A stretch of 64,000 nucleotides of DNA from Balanoglossus misakiensis (lineage: Eukaryota; Animalia; Hemichordata). The position numbers and the translations under genes were made by a program. Below are positions 25,730-39,400 of this stretch, in pieces (within the stretch, counting starts at the first letter, position 1; each line of letters starts with the position of its first letter). Under the pieces are notes generated by a model that worked only from the letters and a program-made list of their open reading frames with translations, searched no databases and had not been told where the DNA came from. Location of the stretch: the NCBI GenBank assembly GCA_040954595.2, contig CM082579.2, forward strand, positions 14,918,550-14,982,549. The letters run 5' to 3'.

Positions 25730-25960
25730 AGAGACAGAGTGAAACAGGCAGAGTGGCAGACAGACACAAGCAGACAGACAGAGCAACATTCATCAGTAGA
25801 GACACTCACCGGTCGCTCGCTCGCTCGCTCACTCTCTCTCTCAGAGAGAGGGGGCAGACAGTCAGACAGACAGACGTTGACAGACAGTCAGTAAGTCAGT
25901 CAGCCAGTTAATCAGTCAGTCAGACGTCAAAGACACAGTGACACAAACACAGCGAGGGAG
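25730..25960. repeat. Compound microsatellite (GACA/CTCG/CAGT/GA)
   Basis: cagacagaca, tcgctcgctcgc and cagtcagt runs; duplicated at ~50930-51165 with one extra TCGC unit. Confidence 0.8.
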
Positions 25961-27455
25961 ACAAAAGGACCTTTCATGCTTAAACCCCTGTTCTTCTGTT
26001 ATAAACTTTGAAAACCGTTCGTTTTCAGACTGCAGATTGCTCGAATAACGCGGCACACTGCCGAAACAATAAAACAAATACTAGTGGGAGCTCATAAAAT
26101 AAAATCGCTCAACCATTCCGTCGTCCTGAGTGACCTCAGCCACATTAATTCCGACGTCTTTTTAGGGTCATGAAAAAAGTCACAAATAAGGTATTTCCCC
26201 TAGGTCCACCTGAAGCAAAAAGTTTTCGTTTCGACTCCATCATTCCGAATAGTAAGAAAGCAACAAAATTGAAAAGACAGATGTAAAATGCAATCTCTCT
26301 CACGTGGTAACGTTTGTAACTATGGCAATCACGGTACGTGTTCAGTACACAGACAGGGAGAAAAGTTTCCCCATGCAATACATGTGTTCAGTAAGGTTTG
26401 ACCTTGGTTTTACTTTGTACCATGATCGCCGCTTTCTAAGCATGGATGAACGACGGCGGTCAGACCCAATCGAACCCTTTCATGTCAGATGACCACGGTA
26501 TCTCCAGTGTGAGATGACATTTGACAAACCATTTGATTTCAACAAAATCTTCGCGTCGTCAACGCGTCGCATACCAGTCGCATATCGGTATTTACCCAAT
26601 CATAAAAGTTGGAAATTCGGGAGACTCGATCTGCAACCAAGTTGAGAGTAAATTTTGACGTTTGACTATTGGCAAGTAAACAGGTTACACAATGACTTGT
26701 CGGTTTTTCCTCCGTCATGGTCGTTCTTGACCCAAGTGTCCTTCCTTGACATTTAGACACACCTTGCGGTATGACCTTGGTGGTCATGTGCAATTAGTTT
26801 TCTTGTATAAGACGCTTTTCATGCCGGGGTAGACGACTTGTGCGTGGATCATCAACATTTCAGTGATATTTCAACGCAAAGTTTTAGCAATATTGAGAAA
26901 ACAGGTAGTGAGGTGTCAAATGCATATCAATGTACGAAAATTAGGTCAAGCCACCCGACAGCAACCGCTTTCACACAGTGTCGGACGTTGCACGGAATGT
27001 GAAACGTTACACTGCTTCGGCCGTTCACATGCACCTGGGCGTGGTTTTGATTGATGGTCAAACGCCCCCACTTACTTTGGGCGTTTTCAATGGTAAATGT
27101 GTCGTATTGATCGAAACCTTGCCGTAAACACATTTTTTTTGCTGAATCAACATTCAGAGTTCAGCCGTCTAGTTAACGAAGTATTGAAATAAGCCACTTG
27201 TTCATCATTTTTTGTCTGTCAAACGTGTTTATTCGGACAGGGACCGGCCGCCAATGAGTGGTTTAGGGAGCCCACACGTACACTCTGGTACCTGGACAAT
27301 TAACAAAGACATGACGTGTGTACCGTCCGGTTCGAAAAGATTGGTTTAAGGTAGTCCTGGTAACAGTCATCCTAACGAGGCCAGGGGAGGTCTCCAAGGG
27401 CGAAATAAACAAAGCTACCGATGACGAGTTGAATTCGAATCGGACGATGCTTGTT

Positions 27456-30400
27456 TTCGACTTTGCAAAATCTCAAAATTTCGTCGATTTTTGAAAAAAA
27501 ATCATGGGTGAAAATGCATCAAAAAATGAGAAATTTTCGACTTTGCAAAATCTCAAAATTTCGTCAATTTTGAAAAAAATCATGGGTGAAAATCATCAAA
27601 AAATGACAAATTTTCGACTTTGCAAAATCTCAAAATTTCGTCGATTTTTGAAAAAAATCATGGGTGAAAATCATCAAAAAAATGACAAATTTTCGACTTT
27701 GCAAAATCTCAAAATTTTGTTGATTTTTGAAAAAAATCATAGGTGAAAATCATCAAAAAATGACAAATTTTCGACTTTGCAAAATCTCAAAATTTCGTCG
27801 ATTTTTGAAGAAAATCATGGGTGAAAATCATCAAAAAATGACAAATTTTCGACTTTGCAAAATCTCAAAATTTTTTCGATTTTTGAAAAAAGACGGGTGA
27901 AAATCATCAAAAAATGACAAATTTTCGACTTTGCAAAATCTCAAAATTTCGTAGATTTTTGAAAAAATACATGGGTAAAAATCATCAAAAAATGACAAAT
28001 TTTCGACTTTGCAAAATCTCAAAATTTCGTCCATTTTTAAAAAAAAAACATGGGGGAAAATCATCAAAAAATGACAAATTTTCGACTTTGCAAAATCTCA
28101 AAATTTCGTCAATTTTGAATAAAAATCATGGGTGAAAATCATCAAAAAATGACAAATTTTCGACTTTGCAAAATCTCACAATTTCGTCGATTTTTGAAAA
28201 AAAATCATGGGTGAAAATGCATCAAAAATGAGAAATTTTCGACTTTGCAAAATCTCAAAATTTCGTCAATTTTGAAAAAAATCATGGGTGAAAATAATCA
28301 AAAAATGACAAATTTTCGACTTTGCAAAATCTCAAAATTTCGTCGATTTTTGAAAAAAATCATGGGTGAAAAATAATCAAAAAAATGACAAATTTTCGAC
28401 TTTGCAAAATCTCAAAATTTTGTTGATTTTTGAAAAAAATCATAGGTGAAAATCATCAAAAAATGACAAATTTTCGACTTTGCAAAATCTCAAAATTTCG
28501 TCGATTTTTGAAGAAAATCATGGGTGAAAATCATCAAAAAATGACAAATTTTCGACTTTGCAAAATCTCAAAATTTTTTCGATTGTTGAAAAAAATCATC
28601 GGTGAAAATCATCAAAAAATGACAAATTTTCGACTTTGCAAAATTTCAAAATTTCGTCGATTTTTGAAAAAAATCATGGGTGAAAATCATCAAAAAAATG
28701 ACAAATTTTCGACGTTGCAAAATCTCAAAATTTTGTTGATTTTTGAAAAAAATCATAGGTGAAAATCATCAAAAAATGACAAATATTGGACTTTGCAAAA
28801 TCTCAAAATTTCGTCGATTTTTGAAGAAAATCATGGGTGAAAATCATCAAAAAATGACAAATTTTCGACTTTGCAAAATCTCAAAATTTTTTCGATTTTT
28901 GAAAAATATCATTGGTGAAAATCATCAAAAAATGACAAATTTTGAAAAAAAAACGGGTGAAAATCATCAAAAAATGACACATTTTCGACTTCGCAAAATC
29001 TCAAAATTTTTTCGATTGTATAAAAAAATCATCGGTGAAAATCATCAAAAAATGACAAATTTTCGACTTTGCAAAATCTCAAAATTTCGTCGATTTTTGA
29101 AAAAAATCATGGGTGAAAATCATCAAAAAAATGACAAATTTTCGACGTTGCAAAATCTCAAAATTTTGTTGATTTTTGACAAAAATCATAGGTGAAAATC
29201 ATCAAAAAATGACAAATTTTCGACTTTGCAAAATCTCAAAATTTCGTCGATTTTTGAAGAAAATCATGGGTGAAAATCATCAAAAAATGACAAATTTTCG
29301 ACTTTGCAAAATCTCAAAATTTTTTCGATTTTTGAAAAATATCATTGGTGAAAATCATCAAAAAATGACAAATTTTGAAAAAAAAACGGGTGAAAATGAT
29401 CAAAAAATGACACATTTACGACTTTGCAAAATCTCAAATTTTCGTCGATTTTTGAAAAAAAATCATGGGTGAAAATCATCAAAAAATGAAAATTTTTCGT
29501 CTTTGCAAAATCTCAAAATTTCGTCCATTTTTGAAAAAAAAATCATGGGTAAAAATCATCAAAAATGACAAATTTTCGTCTTTGCAAAATCTCAAAATTT
29601 CGTCGATTTTTGAAGAAAATCATGGGTGAAAATCATCAAAAAATGACAAATTTTCGACTTTGCAAAATCTCAAAATTTTTTCGATTTTTGAAAAAAGACA
29701 TGGGTGAAAATCATCAAAAAATGACAAATTTTCGACTTTGCAAAATCTCAAAATTTCGTAGATTTTTGAAAAAAAACATGGGTAAAAATCATCAAAAAAT
29801 GACAAATTTTCGACTTTGCAAAATCTCAAAATTTCGTCCATTTTTAAAAAAAAAACATGGGGGAAAATCATCAAAAAATGACAAATTTTCGACTTTGCAA
29901 AATCTCAAAATTTCGTCAATTTTGAATAAAAATCATGGGTGAAAATCATCAAAAAATGACAAATTTTCGACTTTGCAAAATCTCACAATTTCGTCGATTT
30001 TTGAAAAAAAATCATGGGTGAAAATGCATCAAAAAATGAGAAATTTTCGACTTTGCAAAATCTCAAAATTTTTTCGATTTTTGAAAAATATCATTGGTGA
30101 AAATCATCAAAAAATGACAAATTTTGAAAAAAAAACGGGTGAAAATCATCAAAAAATGACACATTTTCGACTTCGGAAAATCTCAAAATTTTTTCGATTG
30201 TTGAAAAAAATCATCGGTGAAAATCATCAAAAAATGACAAATTTTCGACTTTGCAAAATCTCAAAATTTCGTCGATTTTTGAAAAAAATCATGGGTGAAA
30301 ATCATCAAAAAAATGACAAATTTTCGACGTTGCAAAATCTCAAAATTTTGTTGATTTTTGACAAAAATCATAGGTGAAAATCATCAAAAAATGACAAATT

Positions 30401-33400
30401 TTCGACTTTGCAAAATCTCAAAATTTCGTCGATTTTTGAAGAAAATCATGGGTGAAAATCATCAAAAAATGACAAATTTTCGACTTTGCAAAATCTCAAA
30501 ATTTTTTCGATTTTTGAAAAATATCATCGGTGAAAATCATCAAAAAATGACAAATTTTCGACTTTGCAAAATCTCAAAATTTCGTCGATTTTTGAAAAAA
30601 ATCATGGGTGAAAATCATCAAAAAAATGACAAATTTTCGACGTTGCAAAATCTCAAAATTTTGTTGATTTTTGAAAAAAATCATAGGTGAAAATCATCAA
30701 AAAATGACAAATTTTCGACTTTGCAAAATCTCAAAATTTCGTCGATTTTTGAAGAAAATCATGGGTGAAAATCATCAAAAAACGACAAATTTTCGACTTT
30801 GCAAAATCTCAAAATTTTTTCGATTTTTGAAAAATATCATTGGTGAAAATCATCAAAAAATGACAAATTTTGAAAAAAAAACGGGTGAAAATCATCAAAA
30901 AATGACACATTTTCGACTTTGCAAAATCTCAAAATTTTTTCGATTGTTGAAAAAAATCATCGGTGAAAATCATCAAAAAATGACAAATTTTCGACTTTGC
31001 AAAATCTCAAAATTTCGTCGATTTTTGAAGAAAATCATGGGTGAAAATCATCAAAAAATGACAAATTTTCGACTTTGCAAAATCTCAAAATTTTTTCGAT
31101 TTTTGAAAAATATCATGGGTGAAAATGATCAAAAAATGACAAATTTTGAAAAAAAAACGGGTGAAAATGATCAAAAAATGACACATTTACGACTTTGCAA
31201 AATCTCAAAATTTCGTCGATTTTTGAAAAAAAATCATGGGTGAAAATCATCAAAAAATGAAAATTTTTCGTCTTTGCAAAATCTCAAAATTTCGTCCATT
31301 TTTGAAAAAAAAATCATGGGTAAAAATCATCAAAAATGACAAATTTTCGACGTTGCAAAATCTCAAAATTTCGTCCATTTTTAAAAAAAAATCATGGGGG
31401 AAAATCATCAAAAAATGACAAATTTTCGATTTTGAAAAAATCTCAAAATTTCGTCGATTTTTGAAAAAAAACGGGTGAAAATCATCAAAAAATGACACAT
31501 TTTCAACTTTGCAAAATCTCAAAATTTCGTCGATTTTTGAAAAAATCATGGGGGAAAATCATGAAAAAATGACAAATTTTCCTCTTTGCAAAATCTCAAA
31601 ATTTCGTCGATTTTTAAAAAAAGACATGGGTGAAAATCATAAAAAAATAACAAATTTTCGACTTTGCAAAATCTCAAAATTTCGTCCATTTTTGAAAAAA
31701 AATCATGGGTAAAAATCATCAAGAAATGACAAATTTTGAAAAGAAAACGGGTGAAAATCATCAAAAAATGACACATTTTCGACTTTGCAAAATCTCAAAA
31801 TTTCGTCGATTTTTGAAAAAAAATCATGGGGAAAATGATCAAAAAATGACAAATTTTCGACTGCAAAATTTCAAAATTTCGTCAATTTTGAAAAAATCAT
31901 GGGTGAAAATCATCAAAAAATGACAAATTTTCGACTGCAAAATCTCAAAATTTCGTCGATTTTTGAAAAAAAAACGGGTGAAAATCATCAAAAAATGACA
32001 AATTTTCCTCTTTGCAAAATCTATAAATTTCGTCGATTTTTGAAAAATTTTCAACTTTGCAAAATCTCAAAATTTCGTCGATTTTAGAAAAAAATCATGG
32101 GGGAAAATCATCAAAAAATGTCAAATTTTCGACTTTGCAAAATCTCAAAATTTCGTCGATTTTTGAAGAAAATCATGGGTGAAAATCATCAAAAAATGAC
32201 AAATTTTCGACTTTGCAAAATCTCAAAATTTTTTCGATTTTTGAAAAATATCATCGGTGAAAATCATCAAAAAATGACAAATTTTCGACTTTGCAAAATC
32301 TCAAAATTTCGTCGATTTTTGAAAAAAATCATGGGTGAAAATCATCAAAAAAATGACAAATTTTCGACGTTGCAAAATCTCAAAATTTTGTTGATTTTTG
32401 AAAAAAATCATAGGTGAAAATCATCAAAAAATGACAAATTTTCGACTTTGCAAAATCTCAAAATTTCGTCGATTTTTGAAGAAAATCATGGGTGAAAATC
32501 ATCAAAAAACGACAAATTTTCGACTTTGCAAAATCTCAAAATTTTTTCGATTTTTGAAAAATATCATTGGTGAAAATCATCAAAAAATGACAAATTTTGA
32601 AAAAAAAACGGGTGAAAATCATCAAAAAATGACACATTTTCGACTTTGCAAAATCTCAAAATTTTTTCGATTGTTGAAAAAAATCATCGGTGAAAATCAT
32701 CAAAAAATGACAAATTTTCGACTTTGCAAAATCTCAAAATTTCGTCGATTTTTGAAGAAAATCATGGGTGAAAATCATCAAAAAATGACAAATTTTCGAC
32801 TTTGCAAAATCTCAAAATTTTTTCGATTTTTGAAAAATATCATGGGTGAAAATGATCAAAAAATGACAAATTTTGAAAAAAAAACGGGTGAAAATGATCA
32901 AAAAATGACACATTTACGACTTTGCAAAATCTCAAAATTTCGTCGATTTTTGAAAAAAAATCATGGGTGAAAATCATCAAAAAATGAAAATTTTTCGTCT
33001 TTGCAAAATCTCAAAATTTCGTCCATTTTTGAAAAAAAAATCATGGGTAAAAATCATCAAAAATGACAAATTTTCGACGTTGCAAAATCTCAAAATTTCG
33101 TCCATTTTTAAAAAAAAATCATGGGGGAAAATCATCAAAAAATGACAAATTTTCGATTTTGAAAAAATCTCAAAATTTCGTCGATTTTTGAAAAAAAACG
33201 GGTGAAAATCATCAAAAAATGACACATTTTCAACTTTGCAAAATCTCAAAATTTCGTCGATTTTTGAAAAAATCATGGGGGAAAATCATGAAAAAATGAC
33301 AAATTTTCCTCTTTGCAAAATCTCAAAATTTCGTCGATTTTTAAAAAAAGACATGGGTGAAAATCATAAAAAAATAACAAATTTTCGACTTTGCAAAATC

Positions 33401-36400
33401 TCAAAATTTCGTCCATTTTTGAAAAAAAATCATGGGTAAAAATCATCAAGAAATGACAAATTTTGAAAAGAAAACGGGTGAAAATCATCAAAAAATGACA
33501 CATTTTCGACTTTGCAAAATCTCAAAATTTCGTCGATTTTTGAAAAAAAATCATGGGGAAAATGATCAAAAAATGACAAATTTTCGACTGCAAAATTTCA
33601 AAATTTCGTCAATTTTGAAAAAATCATGGGTGAAAATCATCAAAAAATGACAAATTTTCGACTGCAAAATCTCAAAATTTCGTCGATTTTTGAAAAAAAA
33701 ACGGGTGAAAATCATCAAAAAATGACAAATTTTCCTCTTTGCAAAATCTATAAATTTCGTCGATTTTTGAAAAATTTTCAACTTTGCAAAATCTCAAAAT
33801 TTCGTCGATTTTAGAAAAAAATCATGGGGGAAAATCATCAAAAAATGTCAAATTTTCGACAGCAAAATCACAAAATTTCGTCGATTTTTGAAATAAATCA
33901 TTGTTGAAAATTATCAAAAAATGACAAATTTTCCTCTTTGCAAAATCTCAAAATTTCGTCGATTTTTGAAAAAAATCATGGGGGAAAATCATCAAAAAAT
34001 GACAAATTTACGACTACAAAATCTCAAAATTTCGTCGATTTGTGAAAAAAAATCATGGGTGAAAATCATCAAAAAATGACAAATTTTCGACTTTGCAAAA
34101 TCTCAAAATTTTGCCAATTTTGAAAAAATCATGGGTGAAAATCAACAACAAATGACAAATTTTTTACTGCAAAATCTCAAATTTTTGTCGATTTTTTAAA
34201 AAAATTGTTGAAAATCATCAAAAAATGAAAAATTTTTGACTGCAAAATCTCAAAATTTCGTCGATTTTTGAAAAAAAATCATTGTTGAAAATCATCAAAA
34301 AATGACAAATTTTCCTCTTTGCAAAATCTCAAAATTTCGTCGATATTTGAAAAAAGACATGGGTGAAAATCATCAAAAAATGACAAATTTTCGACTTTGC
34401 AAAATCTCAAAATTTCGTCGATTTTTGAAAAAATCATGGGTGAAAATCATGAAAAAATGACAAATTTTCGACTTTGCAAAATCTCAAAATTTCGTCGATT
34501 TTTGAAAAAAAATCATGGGTGAAAATCATCAAAAAATGACAAATTTTCGTCTTTGCAAAATCTCAAAATTTCGTCCATTTTTGAAAAAAAAATCATGGGT
34601 AAAAATCATCAAAAATGACAAATTTTCGTCTTTGCAAAATCTCAAATTTTCGTCGATTTTTGAAAAAAAATCATGGTTGAAAATCATCAAAAAATGACAA
34701 AATTTTCGACTTTGTAAAATCACAAAATTTCGTCGATTTTGAAAAAAATCATAGGTTCGTCGATTTTTTAAAAAAAAACATGGGTGAAAATCATCAAAAA
34801 ATGACAAATTTAAAAAAAAAACGGGTGAAAATCATCAAAAAATGACACATTTACGACTTTGCAAAATCTCAAAATTTCGTCGATTTTTGAAAAAAAATCA
34901 TGGGTGAAAATCATCAAAAAATGACAAATGTTCGTCTTTGCAAAATCTCAAAATTTCGTCCATTTTTAAAAAACAATCATGGGGGAAAATCATCAAAAAA
35001 TGACAAATTTTCGATTTTGCAAAATCTCAAAATTTCGTCGATTTTTGAAAAAAAATGTGTGAAAATCATCAAAAAATGACACATTTTCGTCGACTTTGCA
35101 AAATCTCAAAATTTCGTCGATTTTTGAAAAAAATCATGGGGGAAAATCATGAAAAAATGACAAATTTTCGACTTTGCAAAATCTCAAAATTTCGTCAATT
35201 TTGAATAAAAATCATGGGTGAAAATCATCAAAAAATGACAAATTTTCGACTTTGCAAAATCTCACAATTTCGTCGATTTTTGAAAAAAAATCATGGGTGA
35301 AAATGCACCAAAAAATGAGAAATTTTCGGCTTTGCAAAATCTCAAAATTTCGTCAATTTTGAAAAAAATCATGGGTGAAAATCATCAAAAAATGACAAAT
35401 TTTCGACTTTGCAAAATCTCAAAATTTCGTCGATTTTTGAAAAAAATCATGGGTGAAAATCATCAAAAAAATGACAAATTTTCGACTTTGCAAAATCTCA
35501 AAATTTCGTCGATTTTTGAAGAAAATCATGGGTGAAAATCATCAAAAAATGACAAATTTTCGACTTTGCAAAATCTCAAAATTTTTTCGATTGTTGAAAA
35601 AAATCATCGGTGAAAATCATCAAAAAATGACAAATTTTCGACTTTGCAAAATCTCAAAATTTCGTCGATTTTTGAAAAAAACGGGTGAAAATCATCAAAA
35701 AATGACACATTTTCGTCGACTTTGCAAAATCTCAAAATTTCGTCGATTTTTGAAGAAAATCATGGGTGAAAATCATCAAAAAATTACAAATTTTCGACTT
35801 TGCAAAATCTCAAAATTTCGTCAATTTTGAAAAAAATCATCGGTGAAAATCATCAAAAAATTACAAATTTTTTACTGCAAAATCTCAAATTTTCGTCGAT
35901 TTTTTAAAAAAATTGTTGAAAATCATCAAAAAATGACAAATTTTCCTCTCTTGCAAAATCTGAAAATTTCGTCGATTTTTGAGAAAAATCATGGGTGAAA
36001 ATCAACAAAAAATGACAAATTTTCGACTTTGCAAAATCTCAAATTTTCGTCGATTTTTGAAAAAAATCATGGGGGAAAATGATCAAAAAATGACAAATTT
36101 TCGACTGCAAAATCTCAAAATTTCGTCAATTTTGAATAAAAATCATGGGTGAAAATCATGAAAAAATGACAATTTTTTTACTGCAAAATCTCAAAATTTC
36201 ATCGATTTTTGAAAAAAATCATGGGTGAAAATCATCAAAAAATGACAAATTTTCGACTTTGCAAAATCTCAAAATTTCGTCGATTTTTGAAGAAAATCAA
36301 GGGTGAAAATCATCAAAAAATGACAAATTTTCGACTTTGCAAAATCTCAAAATTTCGTCGATTTTTGAAAAAAATAATGGGGAAAATGATCAAAAAATGA

Positions 36401-39400
36401 CAAATTTTCGACTGCAAAATTTCAAAATTTCGTCAATTTTGAAAAAATCATGGGTGAAAATCATCAAAAAATGACAAATTTTCGACTGCAAAATCTCAAA
36501 ATTTCGTCGATTTTTGAAAAAAAAACGGGTGAAAATCATCAAAAAATGACAAATTTTCGACTGCAAAAACTCAAAATTTCGTCAATTTTGAAAAAAATCA
36601 TGGGTGAAAATCATCAAAAAATGACAAATTTTCCTCTTTGCAAAATCTATAAATTTCGTCGATTTTTGAAAAATTTTCAACTTTGCAAAATCTCAAAATT
36701 TCGTCGATTTTAGAAAAAAATCATGGGGGAAAATCATCAAAAAATGATAAATTTTCGACTGCAAAATCTCAAAATTTCGTCGATTTTTGAAATAAATCAT
36801 TGTTGAAAATTATCAAAAAATGACAAATTTTCCTCTTTGCAAAATCTCAAAATTTCGTCGATTTTTTGAAAAAAGACGGGTGAAAATCATCTAAAAATGA
36901 CAAATTTTCGACTTTGCAAAATCTCAAAATTTCGTTGATTTTTGAAAAAAATCATGGGGGAAAATCATCAAAAAATGACAAATTTACGACTACAAAATCT
37001 CAAAATTTCGTCGATTTGTGAAAAAAAATCATGGGTGAAAATCATCAAAAAATGACAAATTTTCGACTTTGCAAAATCTCAAAATTTTGCCAATTTTGAA
37101 AAAATCATGGGTGAAAATCATCAAAAAATGACAAATTTTTTACTGCAAAATCTCAAATTTTCGTCGATTTTTTAAAAAAATTGTTGAAAATCGTCAAAAA
37201 ATGACAAATTTTTGACTGCAAAATCTCAAAATTTCGTCTATTTTTGAAAAAAAATCATTGTTGAAAATCATCAAAAAATGACAAATTTTCCTCTTTGCAA
37301 AATCTCAAAATTTCGTCAATTTTGAAAAAAATCATGGTCGAAAATCATCAAATAATGACAATTTTTTTACTGCAAAATCTCAAAATTTCATCGATTTTTG
37401 AAAAAAATCATGGGTGAAAATCATCAAAAAATGACAAATTTTCGACTTTGCAAAATCTCAAAATTTCGTCGATTTTTGAGAAAAAATCAAGGGTGAAAAT
37501 CATCAAAAAATGACAAATTTTCGACTTTGCAAAATCTGAAAATTTCGTCGATTTTTGAAAAAAATCATGGGTGAAAATCATCAAAAAATGACAAATTTTT
37601 GACTGCAAAATCTCAAAATTTCGTCAATTTTTGAAAAAAATCATGGTTGAGAATCATCATGACAATGACAAATTTTCGACTTTGCAAAATCTCAAAATTT
37701 CGTCGATTTTGAAAAAAATCATGGGTTCGTCCATTTTTGAAAAAAAAACATTGGGTGAAAATCATCAAAAAATGACAAATTTTCGACTTTGCAAAATCTC
37801 AAAATTTCGTCGATTTTTGAAGAAAATCATGGGTGAAAATCATCAAAAAATGACAAATTTTCGACTTTGCAAAATCTCAAAATTTCGTCCATTTTTGAAA
37901 AAAGACGGGTGAAAATCATCTAAAAATGACAAATTTTCGACTGCAAAATTTCAAAATTTCGTCAATTTTGAAAAAATCATGGGTGAAAATCATCAAAAAA
38001 TGACAAATTTTCCTCTTTGCAAAATCTATAAATTTCGTCGATTTTTGAAAAATTTTCAACTTTGCAAAATCTCAAAATTTCGTCGATTTTAGAAAAAAAT
38101 CATGGGGGAAAATCATCAAAAAATGTCAAATTTTCGACTGCAAAATCTCAAAATTTCGTCGATTTTTGAAATAAATCATTGTTGAAAATTATCAAAAAAT
38201 GACAAATTTTCCTCTTTGCAAAATCTCAAAATTTCGTCGATTTTTTGAAAAAAGACGGGTGAAAATCATCTAAAAATGACAAATTTTCGACTTTGCAAAA
38301 TCTCAAAATTTCGTTGATTTTTGAAAAAAATCATGGGGGAAAATCATCAAAAAATGACAAATTTACGACTACAAAATCTCAAAATTTCGTCGATTTGTGA
38401 AAAAAAATCATGGGTGAAAATCATCAAAAAATGACAAATTTTCGACTTTGCAAAATCTCAAAATTTTGCCAATTTTGAAAAAATCATGGGTGAAAATCAT
38501 CAACAAATGACAATTTTTTTACTGCAAAATCTCAAATTTTCGTCGATTTTTTAAAAAAATTGTTGAAAATCATCAAAAAATGACAAATTTTTGACTGCAA
38601 AATCTCAAAATTTCGTCGATTTTTGAAAAAAAATAATTGTTGAAAATCATCAAAAAATGACAAATTTTCCTCTTTGCAAAATCTCAAAATTTCGTCGATA
38701 TTTGAAAAAAGACATGGGTGAAAATCATCAAAAAATGACAAATTTTCGACTTTGCAAAATCTCAAAATTTCGTCGATTTTTGAAAAAATCATGGGTGAAA
38801 ATCATGAAAAAATGACAAATTTTCGACTTTGCAAAATCTGAAAATTTCGTCGATTTTTGAAAAAAATCATGGGGGAAAATGATCAAAAAATGACAAATTT
38901 TCGACTGCAAAATCTCAAAATTTCGTCAATTTTGAAAAAAATCATGGTCGAAAATCATCAAATAATGACAATTTTTTTACTGCAAAATCTCAAAATTTCA
39001 TCGATTTTTGAAAAAAATCATGGGTGAAAATCATCAAAAAATGTCAAATTTTCGACTTTGCAAAATCTCAAAATTTCGTCGATTTTTGAAGAAAATCAAG
39101 AGTGAAAATCATCAAAAAATGACAAATTTTCGACTTTGCAAAATCTCAAAATTTCGTCGATTTTTGAAAAAAATCATGGGGAAAATGATCAAAAAATGAC
39201 AAATTTTCGACTGCAAAATTTCAAAATTTCGTCAATTTTGAAAAAATCATGGGTGAAAATCATCAAAAAATGACAAATTTTCGACTGCAAAATCTCAAAA
39301 TTTCGTCGATTTTTGAAAAAAAAACGGGTGAAAATCATCAAAAAATGACAAATTTTCGACTGCAAAGACTCAAAATTTCGTCAATTTTGAAAAAAATCAT

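Larger units (their letters stand above)
18136..27455 (+). repeat. Segmental duplication copy 1 (direct repeat of 43531-52671)
   Basis: Starts gcaggtgtcaaaggtatcccc and ends gaatcggacgatgcttgtt, matching copy 2 ends; the ORF track shows paired near-identical ORFs (e.g. 26145/51349, 26863/52079). Confidence 0.95.
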
